DNA of 64,000 bases from a virus: positions 91,523-155,522 of the IMG/VR virus record IMGVR_UViG_3300045988_125846; one strand, 5' to 3'. Below are positions 37,949 through 47,742 of the stretch, piece by piece. Every line of letters begins with the position of its first letter. Position 1 is the stretch's first letter. Both the position numbers and the translations under genes were made by a program. The notes under the pieces were generated by a model, which was not told the origin of the DNA, ran no database searches, and saw only the letters and a program-made list of their open reading frames with translations.

Positions 37949-38173
37949 ATGATAATTGAAAGTAATTTAAAACCAAGAAATTACACCGAAAAAGAAGTTG
38001 TTCGTATATATAATCGAGATCAACAAACTTTTTACATCGACTCTAATGTTTATCCAGTGGATGTATATACGAGTTATAGCCCCAAATGTGAAAAGAAAAT
38101 TATAATAATGACTTTTATTAGAAACGACACAAAAGACGTTTATAAGAAATGGTGTAATTATGAATTAACATAG
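37949..38173 (+). CDS. hypothetical protein (74 aa)
   Basis: Track ORF with a weak RBS. Confidence 0.4.
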   Translation: MIIESNLKPRNYTEKEVVRIYNRDQQTFYIDSNVYPVDVYTSYSPKCEKKIIIMTFIRNDTKDVYKKWCNYELT

Positions 38174-38189
38174 GAAGGAGGAAACTATT

Positions 38190-38939
38190 ATGGCAGTAAC
38201 CGAAAAAGATATTACAATCAGTGGTCACGGATCAGGAACTCCGTCTACTAAAAATATGTACGCATATCTTGAAAGCCGATATAAAAGTATTGCTCCAAAC
38301 GGAAAACATAAAGGCGTTGTTGCAGTAAGACGATTAAAGAAAATTACCGATTCTGGACGTAAAAAGTTCCATGACACATATAAAACTATTCTAGGTCGGA
38401 ACTCATATAATCAGTCGTTACGATCATATGTATATACTCCATATAAGGGGAAGTATTATTCAGACTGCTCTTCTAGTGGATGTGCTACGTTTAAGAAAAT
38501 TGGATATAATGTACCATTATTAAACACGGCAGGAATTTATACAAGTTCATTGTTTGAAACTGTTCAAGTAAAGATTAAAAATGGTCATATTACAAATCCT
38601 GAAATTTTAAAGGTTGGAGATGCAATATTGTTTGTTGGATCTGATCCGTCTCGTCCAAAACAAATCGGGCATGTTGAGTATATCTATTCTATCAACAAAG
38701 AAACAACCACAACAAAACCATCTTCTACTTCTACAAGCAATTCAGCTTATTATCCAAAATGTAATAAATCATATACAACTCTTGCAAAAGCCTTAGAGTC
38801 TGTGCATATTGATTCTTCTAAAGAAACAAGAACAAAGATTGCAAAGGCAAACGAAATTAAAGATTACAAATTTACGGCAGAACAGAATAATCAGATGTTA
38901 ATTCTTCTGAAAGCTGGCAAGTTAAAAAAGTTTAAATAA
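38190..38939 (+). CDS. endolysin, NlpC/P60- or CHAP-type cysteine peptidase
   Basis: YYSDCSSSGCATF (catalytic Cys context) ... GDAILFVG...IGHVEYI. Lies immediately upstream of the holin. Confidence 0.6.
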   Translation: MAVTEKDITISGHGSGTPSTKNMYAYLESRYKSIAPNGKHKGVVAVRRLKKITDSGRKKFHDTYKTILGRNSYNQSLRSYVYTPYKGKYYSDCSSSGCATFKKIGYNVPLLNTAGIYTSSLFETVQVKIKNGHITNPEILKVGDAILFVGSDPSRPKQIGHVEYIYSINKETTTTKPSSTSTSNSAYYPKCNKSYTTLAKALESVHIDSSKETRTKIAKANEIKDYKFTAEQNNQMLILLKAGKLKKFK

Positions 38940-38953
38940 AAGGAGGAAAAATT

Positions 38954-39211
38954 ATGGATGTAACATTTTTAACAAATTTTGCAGTGCCAATTATTGTTGG
39001 TATTTGCTTATGTATTGGATATGTATTAAAGAACATTGTAACAACTGACGCTGTAAATAAATATATTCCACTTATTATGGCTGTTTTAGGCGTTATATTA
39101 AATTCATGGATTAACATGTCTTTTACACCGGAAATTTTATTAGGCGGTTTGTTTAGTGGTTTGGCTAGTACCGGATTATATGAAGCATTTAAACAGCTTA
39201 TTAAGAATTAG
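38954..39211 (+). CDS. holin (phi LC3 / Phage_holin_1-like)
   Basis: 85 aa with two or three TM segments. KYIPLIMAVLGVILN...GLASTGLYEAFK matches the family pattern. Confidence 0.75.
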   Translation: MDVTFLTNFAVPIIVGICLCIGYVLKNIVTTDAVNKYIPLIMAVLGVILNSWINMSFTPEILLGGLFSGLASTGLYEAFKQLIKN

Positions 39212-39228
39212 AAGGGATGATTATATGA

Positions 39229-39753
39229 ATGGAAGCGATAGAAGAATTAAGTAAAATTGATTTTAATTATTTTATCCTAACTTGTTTTATAATTATGTCT
39301 GGATCTATTTCTATATTTGCAATTATTGGAAAATTTTCTGAGATGATCGGAAGACCTGTAAAATGGCTTAGGCAAAAAAAAGAAGACCATGATCTTTTAG
39401 TTAAAACGGCAGAAAATCTTAGCATATTACAAAGTAAAGAGCTTGAAGATGTAAAACAGTCAATTCGACATGATGAAATGATTAAAAGAGATATTACAAA
39501 GTTATCAGAAACGGTCGAAGGAATTGCTGCGACTCTCAATGATATGAAAGAAAAAGATAATATCACCGAAGTTAAAAAATTAAAAGAGAAACTTGTTGGA
39601 TATTATAATAAGTATAAAAATTCTGATGGATGGACGAAGGTTGAAAAGGATGTCTTTTGGGATTTGTTTGAAGAGTATGAAAATCGCGGAGGTGATGGCT
39701 ATATTCACTCAATTGTCGAACCAGTTATGAGAGAATTAAAAGAAATTGATTAA
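39229..39753 (+). CDS. membrane-anchored coiled-coil protein (lysis accessory?)
   Basis: N-terminal TM segment followed by a helical charged region. Adjacent to the holin. Confidence 0.35.
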   Translation: MEAIEELSKIDFNYFILTCFIIMSGSISIFAIIGKFSEMIGRPVKWLRQKKEDHDLLVKTAENLSILQSKELEDVKQSIRHDEMIKRDITKLSETVEGIAATLNDMKEKDNITEVKKLKEKLVGYYNKYKNSDGWTKVEKDVFWDLFEEYENRGGDGYIHSIVEPVMRELKEID

Positions 39754-39854
39754 CCCATATTCCTCTATTATACCAAATATTTCATAAACCATGCTTATAT
39801 ATTTTTCCATTATTATACAGTTATAAAAGAATAACTTATACACATACTTATTGT

Positions 39855-40052
39855 ATGGATAATAAAATCGGAGAATATCGGTATAAAAATGACCTAACCC
39901 TCAAAGAACTATCTATACGAAGTGGAATATCTACTACAACTCTTTCTAATTTAGAAAATGGATTAACAAAGGATATATTACTTAGTCATGCCATTACATT
40001 ATCAAGGGTATTACATGTAGATTTGTATGAACTATTCTGTATAAGGAGATGA
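39855..40052 (+). CDS. XRE-family HTH protein (65 aa)
   Basis: LTLKELSIRSGISTTTLSNLENG pattern. No obvious SD, so possibly leaderless. Confidence 0.7.
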   Translation: MDNKIGEYRYKNDLTLKELSIRSGISTTTLSNLENGLTKDILLSHAITLSRVLHVDLYELFCIRR

Positions 40053-40065
40053 GGAGGCGAGGTTT

Positions 40066-40236
40066 ATGACGTATTTTAATTTAATTTGTGAGGAACATGA
40101 AATTACAGGAGGCAAGGTTATTCATATTGATAAAAATGTTGAAAATATGAATGACGTACATAAAATTGTAATCGAAAATGTAGATAAGTATCCCAACGCC
40201 AAATGGGAACTTTATCCAATGATTATTAACAACTAA
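40066..40236 (+). CDS. 56-aa small protein
   Basis: Below the track cutoff. ATG lies 5 nt after GAGGAGGCGAGG. Confidence 0.5.
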   Translation: MTYFNLICEEHEITGGKVIHIDKNVENMNDVHKIVIENVDKYPNAKWELYPMIINN

Positions 40237-40273
40237 CCAAATACATATGACAATTAAATATAAGAATTATGAA

Positions 40274-40303
40274 AGAGCGGTTTCTTCGGGAACTGCTCTT
40301 TTT
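40274..40303 (+). terminator. intrinsic terminator (UUCG tetraloop)
   Basis: 11-bp stem AGAGCGGTTTC/GGAACTGCTCT around TTCG, then TTTTT. Confidence 0.8.
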
Positions 40304-40317
40304 ATATTGGAGGAATA

Positions 40318-40887
40318 ATGGGAAATATTTTAAAACTTACTTCTCCTCTCCCGCCTTCGGTCAATCATTACACTTCAGTTAGAACTATAATGAAAAATGG
40401 TAGACCTATGGCTATGGTATATGAAACGAAGGAAGCAAAAGATTATAAAAAGAAATTTAAGAAAATAATTGAAGAACAAGTTAAATTACAAAATTGGGAT
40501 TTGGAAGTAAACAGTACACAGCATTTTAATATAGATGCTGTTTTTTATTTTGACAGAATTGACAAGGATTGTGCGAACTATGAAAAGTGTTTAGATGACA
40601 CTATTACTGAAACACAATTAATCTGGAAAGATGACAATGTAGCTTTATTTAGACCACATAGAATTTATTATGATTCAGAGAATCCTAGAATTGAACTGAC
40701 TATCTATCCTGTTGACTATATTGGAGTTTTTGACAATGCTTCACAGTTTGATGAATTTAAATCTCACTGCATCGGATGTAAAAGATACAAACGAAACTGT
40801 AGTCTTCTAAAAAAAGCTATAGAAGGTCGAATTCAGAGTGAAATAAATAATGGAGAATGCAATAAATTCTCACCAATAAATGATTAA
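40318..40887 (+). CDS. rusA: RusA-like Holliday junction resolvase with a C-terminal Zn-finger extension
   Basis: LPPSVNHYT... start plus a D-rich catalytic region (DKDCANYEKCLDD). CIGCKRYKRNC tail. Confidence 0.6.
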   Translation: MGNILKLTSPLPPSVNHYTSVRTIMKNGRPMAMVYETKEAKDYKKKFKKIIEEQVKLQNWDLEVNSTQHFNIDAVFYFDRIDKDCANYEKCLDDTITETQLIWKDDNVALFRPHRIYYDSENPRIELTIYPVDYIGVFDNASQFDEFKSHCIGCKRYKRNCSLLKKAIEGRIQSEINNGECNKFSPIND

Positions 40888-40904
40888 AAGGAGAAAAAGG
40901 AATT

Positions 40905-41492
40905 ATGACAATTAAAGAATTTTGTGAAAAGTATAATAATATTGCTAATCAGAAACTTAAGGATGATTTTATTAAGAGTAATGTCAAGATTACACCTTAT
41001 GTACCATTTGTTAAGAAGGATGCTCTTATTAGTAATTTACTCAAAGCAACTATGATTGACAAAGAGACAGGAAATGTAAAAGTAAACTCTTCTGCTGAGT
41101 ATTTACTTAAAACAAGAATTTTCGTTGAACAGTATACAAACCTTACTGTAGAGACCGATGGATTCTTTGAAGAATATGATGAGTTAAAGAAATCAGGATT
41201 ATTTGACATTTTATTTATTGGAAATGGTGCAGAAGATATTCCACCAATGATTCCATTTGCAGAAATGGCTGAATTCAATCATCTTTTGGAAGCAAAGAAA
41301 AATGATTTACTTGTCAATAAGTACGAGATTCACAGTTTTATCACAGAACAGGTAGATAGATTCAAGGCTCTTGGCGAAGCTACTCTCACACCGCTTATGG
41401 ACGTTGTAAGTAAGAAACTCGATGAGATTCCAAAGGAAGATTTAGATAAGATTGTTGAGATTGCTAAGAATGGTGGATTTAAAGAAGTCTAA
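40905..41492 (+). CDS. putative tail assembly chaperone
   Basis: Lies upstream of the tape-measure gene and is acidic. Assigned by position only. Confidence 0.4.
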   Translation: MTIKEFCEKYNNIANQKLKDDFIKSNVKITPYVPFVKKDALISNLLKATMIDKETGNVKVNSSAEYLLKTRIFVEQYTNLTVETDGFFEEYDELKKSGLFDILFIGNGAEDIPPMIPFAEMAEFNHLLEAKKNDLLVNKYEIHSFITEQVDRFKALGEATLTPLMDVVSKKLDEIPKEDLDKIVEIAKNGGFKEV

Positions 41493-41521
41493 GTAAATTC
41501 AAATTTCTTTGGAGGATTTAT

Positions 41522-41698
41522 ATGATTGAAGGAATAATTTATGGACTTATTGGTGCATGGTTTCTCAGTCTATTTGGAGTTGATAATATCTTTGTAGAAG
41601 CGTTGCAGTCGTTTGTGAATTTCACATTAACAACAAGTCATTATTATTTCGTATTTGGATTTGTAGGGTTAATATACGGAATTATACATAATTATTAA
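41522..41698 (+). CDS. 58-aa two-TM membrane protein
   Basis: Below the track cutoff. RBS GGAGGA upstream; two hydrophobic stretches. Confidence 0.45.
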   Translation: MIEGIIYGLIGAWFLSLFGVDNIFVEALQSFVNFTLTTSHYYFVFGFVGLIYGIIHNY

Positions 41699-41705
41699 AT
41701 ATTAG

Positions 41706-41772
41706 GCTCTATACGTGTCAAAGCGTATAGGGCTTTTCTTATGGAGAGTGGTTACTACTGCTCTCCTATTTT
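41706..41772 (+). terminator. tandem hairpins; the second carries CTCTCCTATTT
   Basis: GCTCTATACG/CGTATAGGGC + TTTT, then GGAGAG/CTCTCC + TATTTT. Confidence 0.6.
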
Positions 41773-41814
41773 AGTTTTAGTGTAAAAATAGTGAAATTTT
41801 TGGAGGTGAGATGA

Positions 41815-42237
41815 ATGGGATTAAATAAAGACACTATTAAATATTTGGGAAAACAGGCTCAGAAAAAAGCTTCTGAATTAGCACATGAAGCTCAACAGAG
41901 ATTAACAGATGGTTACGTGTCATTTATTGATTTATATTATAGCGATTACACGCCACAACAATATGTAAGAACGCATAACTTATATAGATCTTATAACAAA
42001 TTTTATAAAAATAGCCACGGTACTATTTTTTATGGTGGTGTAGAAGTAACACCTGAAAGAATGTTTGATAACTATGATCAAATCACACCTTCAGATCTTA
42101 TGTCAGATTTTATTTACAATCCAAAAGGTACTTATCATGGTTGGTATAACATTCCTGCTAGTTTCAGTGTGTATAGAGAAATGCATAAGTATCATGAACG
42201 ATTAAAGGATGAGTATAGAAAACGTTGCACAATTTAG
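41815..42237 (+). CDS. hypothetical protein upstream of the tape-measure gene (140 aa)
   Basis: RBS GGAGGTGAG. Assigned by position only. Confidence 0.4.
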   Translation: MGLNKDTIKYLGKQAQKKASELAHEAQQRLTDGYVSFIDLYYSDYTPQQYVRTHNLYRSYNKFYKNSHGTIFYGGVEVTPERMFDNYDQITPSDLMSDFIYNPKGTYHGWYNIPASFSVYREMHKYHERLKDEYRKRCTI

Positions 42238-42251
42238 AAAGGATGTGAATT

Positions 42252-43981
42252 ATGGCAAGTTCAGATATTATCAAGATTGGTTTTGATTACAGATCCAGTC
42301 TTGCACAATTTGAAAAAGATACAAATGGTGTATTTGACGGAATTAGTTCTAAGGCTGGTAAACAGAAAATTACAATTCAGTTAGATGCAAAAGATGATAA
42401 GGTAATTGATAAAATTAAGGAATTACAGAAACTTAAATTAGATAAATTCACATTCGAGTTTGGTAATTCTGGATTAAAAGAACAGTTACAAACATTTGAC
42501 AAATTAGAGAATAAGATAAATGAGATTATTAATTTATCAAAAGGAATTGGAAACTCTTCTGCTCCTATTGTTGATGTTAATAAATCGTCAAAGGAAATTG
42601 ATAAACTAGAGAATAAAATCTCAGAATTAAATAAGAAATATGACGAATTACAAAAGAAATCTGCTACTGGCGGTATTTCTGGTAAAGAAGTTAATCTTGT
42701 TGACAATGATGAATTTAAGAAATTATCACAAGAAGTATCTGAATTAAAAGATCAGTTTGATGATTTAAAAACTCATATGAGTTTACTTGACGATTATACT
42801 GTTCCTACTGATAGATTCTTTGAACTTCAAACGCAAGTTGAGGCTACATCTGTCAAGGTTTCTAATTTAGTTGATGAAATGACCAGATTATCCAATGTTC
42901 AGAAAAATATTGGGGTTGAAACGAATATTTCATCTACTTCTACAGAATCTGTTACCAATTCCATCAAAGAAGAGAATAATGTATTAGAACAGAACACTCA
43001 GAAAGTTAAGGAAAATACACAGGCAAAAAAACAGAATGCAAATGTAAATCTTAATAAGTATGATAAACGGTTAGATTCATATAACGGCAAAATTGACAAA
43101 TATAAAACAACTATTGACAGATTTAATGATGGTGGTTGGACAAGTAGTACATATTTAGAAAATGTACAGGCTGTCAAGAATGCTGTTAAAGAGTATGAAA
43201 CTCTGCTTAATGAATTAAAGGGTAAAGATGCTAGTTTGGTGACGAGTGATGATATCAACCGATTAGATAACTATGAAAAGAAAATCAAAGATACTATCGC
43301 TACTGTTACCAATATGTCGGCTTCTGAGAAGGGATATAACTTTGTTTCAGGTCAGAAAGAATTAGACAAGATTCATAAGCTTCTCAATGAAAATAGCAAG
43401 ATGTCTTCTGAGGCAAAAGCTAAGATTAAAGCTTACTATGCGGAAATTGAAAGTGGTAATCCTAGCATGAGTCTTGACAAGATTCATGGTGAAATCTTAA
43501 AGATTTATAATGCCGAAGTCGAAGCTGGTCGTGCTGGCAGAACATTGTTTGACACTTTAAAGAATAGCGGATTCCATCAAATTGCTGCACAGATGGCAGG
43601 AATGGTTGGTGTTTATGATGTTATTAATGTAATCAAGCAAGCTGCGTCTACTGTGACTGAGTTGAATACACAGATTACAGAACTTGCGAAAGTATCTGAA
43701 CAGTCATCAAAACAGATTTATGCCGACTTTGACAGTTATGCAGATATTGCAAAAGAAGTCAGAGGTACAATTTCTGATACTATTGCTGCCACTGCGGATT
43801 GGTCTAAAAATGGATATAGTATTCCAGACGCTAAACAATTAGCAGAAATCTCACAGCTTTATAAAAATGTTGGTGATGGAATTGACATTGATACAGCTAA
43901 CGAGTCACTTATCTCAACCTTAAAAGGTTTTCAGCTTGAAGCAGATCAAGCAGAACACATTGTAGACGTATTTAATGAGGT
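42252..43981 (+). CDS. tail tape-measure protein, exon 1
   Basis: Coiled-coil N-terminus, then the TMP core ...ADWSKNGYSIPDAKQLAEISQLYKNVGDGI...AEHIVDVFNEV. The frame decays after 43981. Confidence 0.8.
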
Positions 43982-44129
43982 AGACTTACTTGCCTCCTAT
44001 TACAGTAATGTAATAGCTTTATGCATTTACATGCATATTGACAGTAACTATATAGGTTAAAGTCCTGAGAAGGATAAGACCTAGGAAAGATTGCAATATT
44101 ATTTTTCATATATGGGGATATATGAATGA

Positions 44130-44300
44130 ATGGAAAAAATTAAAATTAAAAATAAACGATTAGCAAAGTATCTATATTCTCTTGGATTTGATCGAGAATG
44201 TGGATTTGACAAAAATGAATATTGGTTATTTTCGAAATCAAGTGAATTAGATGAGGCACTTGATTTTTATTTTTATATGAGAAAGAAAAACAGAGAATAA
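44130..44300 (+). CDS. 56-aa intron-internal small ORF
   Basis: MEKIKIKNKRLAKYLYSLGFDRE...; below the track cutoff; function unknown. Confidence 0.35.
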   Translation: MEKIKIKNKRLAKYLYSLGFDRECGFDKNEYWLFSKSSELDEALDFYFYMRKKNRE

Positions 44301-44322
44301 CTAATAATAAGGAGATGTTATT

Positions 44323-45519
44323 ATGACAAAAGAAGATTATATAAAATTAGACAATGATACAAAAATAATGTGTAATGATTGTGGTAAGATTTTACATAAA
44401 GAATACTTTTCGTGCAAAAATATTTTTAAAAATCTAACCGGAAGATGTTGTGTATGTGATTGGATAAAGAGACATAATGGTGTTCCGCTTATAGAAGGAT
44501 TTACTCAAGATCAAATACATAAAACACTTGAATTTATTCTTTATAATAAATCTGCTTATATAAACGATTTGGCAAAATATTTAAATATTGATTTAGATGA
44601 TTCAATGGAGCTTTTTCGTAGATTAAAAATTGGTAATAGAAAAATGAGAATCTTGTCTAATTGTGATTATTGTGGAAGACAAATAGAAGATTTTTTAAGT
44701 ACAAACAAAATTAATTCACATAATTATTGTTCAAGAGAATGTTATTGGAAACATAAGAAAATTATAATAGGAAAAGGTAAAAATAATAAACAATACAATA
44801 GAATAAAAGTATTATGTACGAATTGTGGAAAAGAAATGGAAATTATTCCATATGATTATAACAAAGTAAATTCAAAAGGTGACAATCACAACTTTTGCTC
44901 ACAAGAATGTTATTGGGAATTTCGTAAGAGATATTATGTAGGCGAAAATGGAGCAATGTATAACTATAAATTTTCAGATGAACAAAAAGAACATTCAAGA
45001 ACAAAATTATTAGAACGGTTAAAAAATGATAATAGACTAGAAACAGGAATTCAATTAAAAGTCAATTCTATGCTGGATAACTTAAATATTAAATATGAAA
45101 GAGAAAAAGTGTTTGATTATTATGCTGTTGATAATTATATTCCTACATATAATGGTATCATTGAAGTAATGGGTGATTATTGGCACGTTTCTCCATTACG
45201 TTATAATGAAGAAAAATATTTTATGAATGAGATGCAACAAAAACAACTACATAGAGATAAAATAAAATATTCTTATATTATAAATCATTATAAAATTCCT
45301 ATTTTATATTTGTGGGAAACAGATATAAACAATAATCCAAATCTTTGTATTAAATTAATTGATAAATATATACAAAATGGTAAAATTCTTGAAAATTATC
45401 ATTCTTTCAATTGGCAATTAGAAAACGACACTTTATCTATTAAGGAAGATATTATTATCCCTTATCAAAATATATCTGTTAATGAATACAGGCATTTAAT
45501 TAAAAAGAAAGTAGGATAA
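44323..45519 (+). CDS. intron-encoded homing endonuclease: Zn fingers + Vsr-like (PD-(D/E)xK, EDxHD-type) nuclease
   Basis: Several CxxC...CxxxC(Y)W modules. The C-terminus IEVMGDYWH...LHRDKIK...IPILYLWETD parallels Vsr FVHGCFWH...RD...VLIVWE. Confidence 0.65.
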   Translation: MTKEDYIKLDNDTKIMCNDCGKILHKEYFSCKNIFKNLTGRCCVCDWIKRHNGVPLIEGFTQDQIHKTLEFILYNKSAYINDLAKYLNIDLDDSMELFRRLKIGNRKMRILSNCDYCGRQIEDFLSTNKINSHNYCSRECYWKHKKIIIGKGKNNKQYNRIKVLCTNCGKEMEIIPYDYNKVNSKGDNHNFCSQECYWEFRKRYYVGENGAMYNYKFSDEQKEHSRTKLLERLKNDNRLETGIQLKVNSMLDNLNIKYEREKVFDYYAVDNYIPTYNGIIEVMGDYWHVSPLRYNEEKYFMNEMQQKQLHRDKIKYSYIINHYKIPILYLWETDINNNPNLCIKLIDKYIQNGKILENYHSFNWQLENDTLSIKEDIIIPYQNISVNEYRHLIKKKVG

Positions 45520-45748
45520 TCCCCAATCCATAAAATAATATTGCAAAATCCTTAACGACTGCGGTGGAGTATATAGTAATATATATTCCGAAGTTACTCT
45601 CCTACTCTACTATTTTTAGAAGAAAGAGGATGAATATACAGTCTGACCTCACGAAATAATCTAACAGCGAAACGTGAGACATAGCTAGAAATGACTATGC
45701 GCCATAGAAATATGGTCAGTAGGCTTACAACCGAAAGTAACAGATGTG

Positions 45749-46483
45749 AAGTAATAACGAAGCTATATCAAGCGGAGGCATAGGCGAAGCCCTTCAGCGT
45801 TCTGCCGCTTCATTTAACGCTGCTTCCACCTCACTTGAAAAGTCAGTTTCGCTCGTAACGGCAACGAACTCAGTTTTGCAGAACCCAGAAAAGGTTGGAA
45901 ATATGTGGCGTACAGTTTCAGCCAGATTGCGTGGATCAGAAACAGAGCTTAAAGAGATGGGCGAAGACACAGATGGTCTTGTAACTTCTACATCAAAACT
46001 ACAAGCACTTGTAAAAGGAATTACAGGTTTTGATATTATGAAGGACAAAGATACTTATAAGGATATATATGATATTGTCCTTGGTATTGGAGAAAAATGG
46101 AAGGATCTTAGTGACATTGATCGTGCTTCGCTTTTAGAGGCTTTGGCAGGTAAGCAGCAAAGTAATGCCCTAGCTGCCGCCCTTAGTAATATTGATATCC
46201 TTAAGAAGAGCTACGAAGAAGCAACACATGCAGAAGGTTCAGCTCGTGAGGAAAATGAAGAATATAGTAAATCAATTCGGGCTTCAATTGACTTAGCTCA
46301 GGCAAAGTTGGAACAGCTTGCGAATGACACTTTAAATTCGAATTTCCTTAAAGGTGCAATTGACGCAGGTGGAAAATTAATTGAAGTTTTAGATGGTATT
46401 GTAAAAAGTGGTAATGCAATACCTACTTTATTAGCTGCTATTGGAGCAGGTCTTAGTTTTAAAAACATCGGTAAATGTTACGT
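45749..46483 (+). CDS. tail tape-measure protein, exon 2
   Basis: Frame open from 45750: SNNEAISSGGIGEALQRSAASFNAA...VLQNPEKVGNMWRTVSARLRG... (conserved TMP core), ending in the hydrophobic AIPTLLAAIGAGLSFKNIGKCYV. Confidence 0.75.
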
Positions 46484-47341
46484 GAGTGCGTAATTTTTCA
46501 AATTATTGTTATTGTTTTGAATATGCCCACCTAACTCAAGACAACAATCAAGAGTTGGGAAGATTAGGTCTAGTCAACCTATAGATGTTTCAAAATAAAT
46601 CGTAATTGTGAGTTGCTATCTCACAGTGCTGGGAAGAAATAAAATATACCGTATATATAAAATAACACACTACAACGTGGCTAGAAATGGCGAACGTGAA
46701 TGTATTCCGAAAGGATGTTGGTAACAACAAGAAAAGTCAAATCCAGAAATGGAGGTTATTTGGGTATATGGGGAAACCCTAAGTATCATGTCCTTAATGG
46801 ACTAAATCGGCAATCAGCAACGGATTCTATTGTAATAGAGAATATTATAGTGGAGGTGTTCAGAGAGTCTAAACGATTTTGAGTTATTACAAAATAGCTT
46901 GTAAAAGGGACTCCATACGTAGTTATCGCACTACTCTCGTGACTGAGATATAAAAGCGTAAAAGAGTGTTGCTACTCTAACCCTATTAAATAGCACATTG
47001 TTAATAGGACAACAGCAGGGTTCGTGTGTACCGTAAGTTTGAAGAAACACACAAAACCAAGAATTCTTGATTTCAATCGAGTAAAATAGAGAATAATAAA
47101 ATAGCACCACAAGTTGCTGTTCTTGTAGTGCTAATGTCTTTGAGATTATTGAAAATCAAAGACTCCCTATATTGTAACATTGGGGTAGTACATAAAAATA
47201 AAATTGGTTGTATGTACAAATTTATTGTATCAAACATCAATGATTATTTCAACAGTAAAAAGAGAATAAATAAAATGAGGACTGTCGTGATGACCAGCCC
47301 TTGTATATAAAGTGATATAATATTCCCTCACTAGATATCAA

Positions 47342-47419
47342 TTAAAACTTAAGTACAGCAACAAAAACCGTAAGTGCAATTACAAGCCTTGTTAAACTGT
47401 CTATGTTGATATTCAACAT
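47342..47419 (-). CDS. 25-aa hydrophobic peptide (type I toxin-like)
   Basis: GGAGGTG lies 5 nt before the ATG. MLNINIDSLTRLVIALTVFVAVLKF. Confidence 0.35.
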   Translation of the reverse strand: MLNINIDSLTRLVIALTVFVAVLKF

Positions 47420-47742
47420 ATTCACACCTCCTTTTAATATGCATGTAATAAACACACATATCCAAATAGATATGTTTATACATATACTAGAAGAGTGAAC
47501 TTAAGACCTAGTAAATAGCGACCGTAACTGATATCTAGTTCCCATTTCGCACTGTTTTCAGTGCATCCACCTCAAAGCTTATTGTACCACTTTACCATAA
47601 TTTTACAATCCAGAACGTAAGTTTGTCGAATAATGCAGAAAGAAAAATATTCAAATTTTGAATAATTCTATTTACAAAATTTTACAATTATGCTATTGTG
47701 AAAATATAAAAATTTTTGCATTTTTTGAAGGAGGCAAACTGG

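Larger units (their letters stand above)
43982..45748 (+). mobile_element. group I intron 1 (1,767 nt) with a homing endonuclease ORF
   Basis: P1: exon GAGGT (43977-81) pairs with GCCTC (43992-96), with U.G at the splice site. P10: TTACTT (43986-91) pairs with exon-2 AAGTAA (45749-54). Terminal G at 45748. S-like AATATACAGTCTGACC at 45633-48. Splicing restores the TMP frame. Confidence 0.8.

Noticed and set aside
45876-46493. Track ORF 45876-46493 starting at TTG
   Set aside because: The frame is open upstream to 45750 and encodes the conserved TMP core (SNNEAISSGGIGEALQRS...). The real 5' boundary is the intron 1 splice site, not a start codon.
46478-46538. Alternative 5' splice sites for element 2 (after T46465 with an AACAT/ATGTT helix; after T46487 with ACTCA/GAATAT guide segments)
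   Set aside because: The first gives a U-A rather than a U.G pair and no in-frame terminal G. The second has a split guide sequence. I kept 46483/50468 as the best model, but the boundary is uncertain by a few nt.
46700-47310. Track ORFs 46700-46882(+) and 47128-47310(+) in the 5' part of intervening element 2
   Set aside because: They have no RBS and lie in the hairpin-dense ribozyme-like core. They could at most be remnants of a decayed homing endonuclease, and I saw no nuclease motifs.
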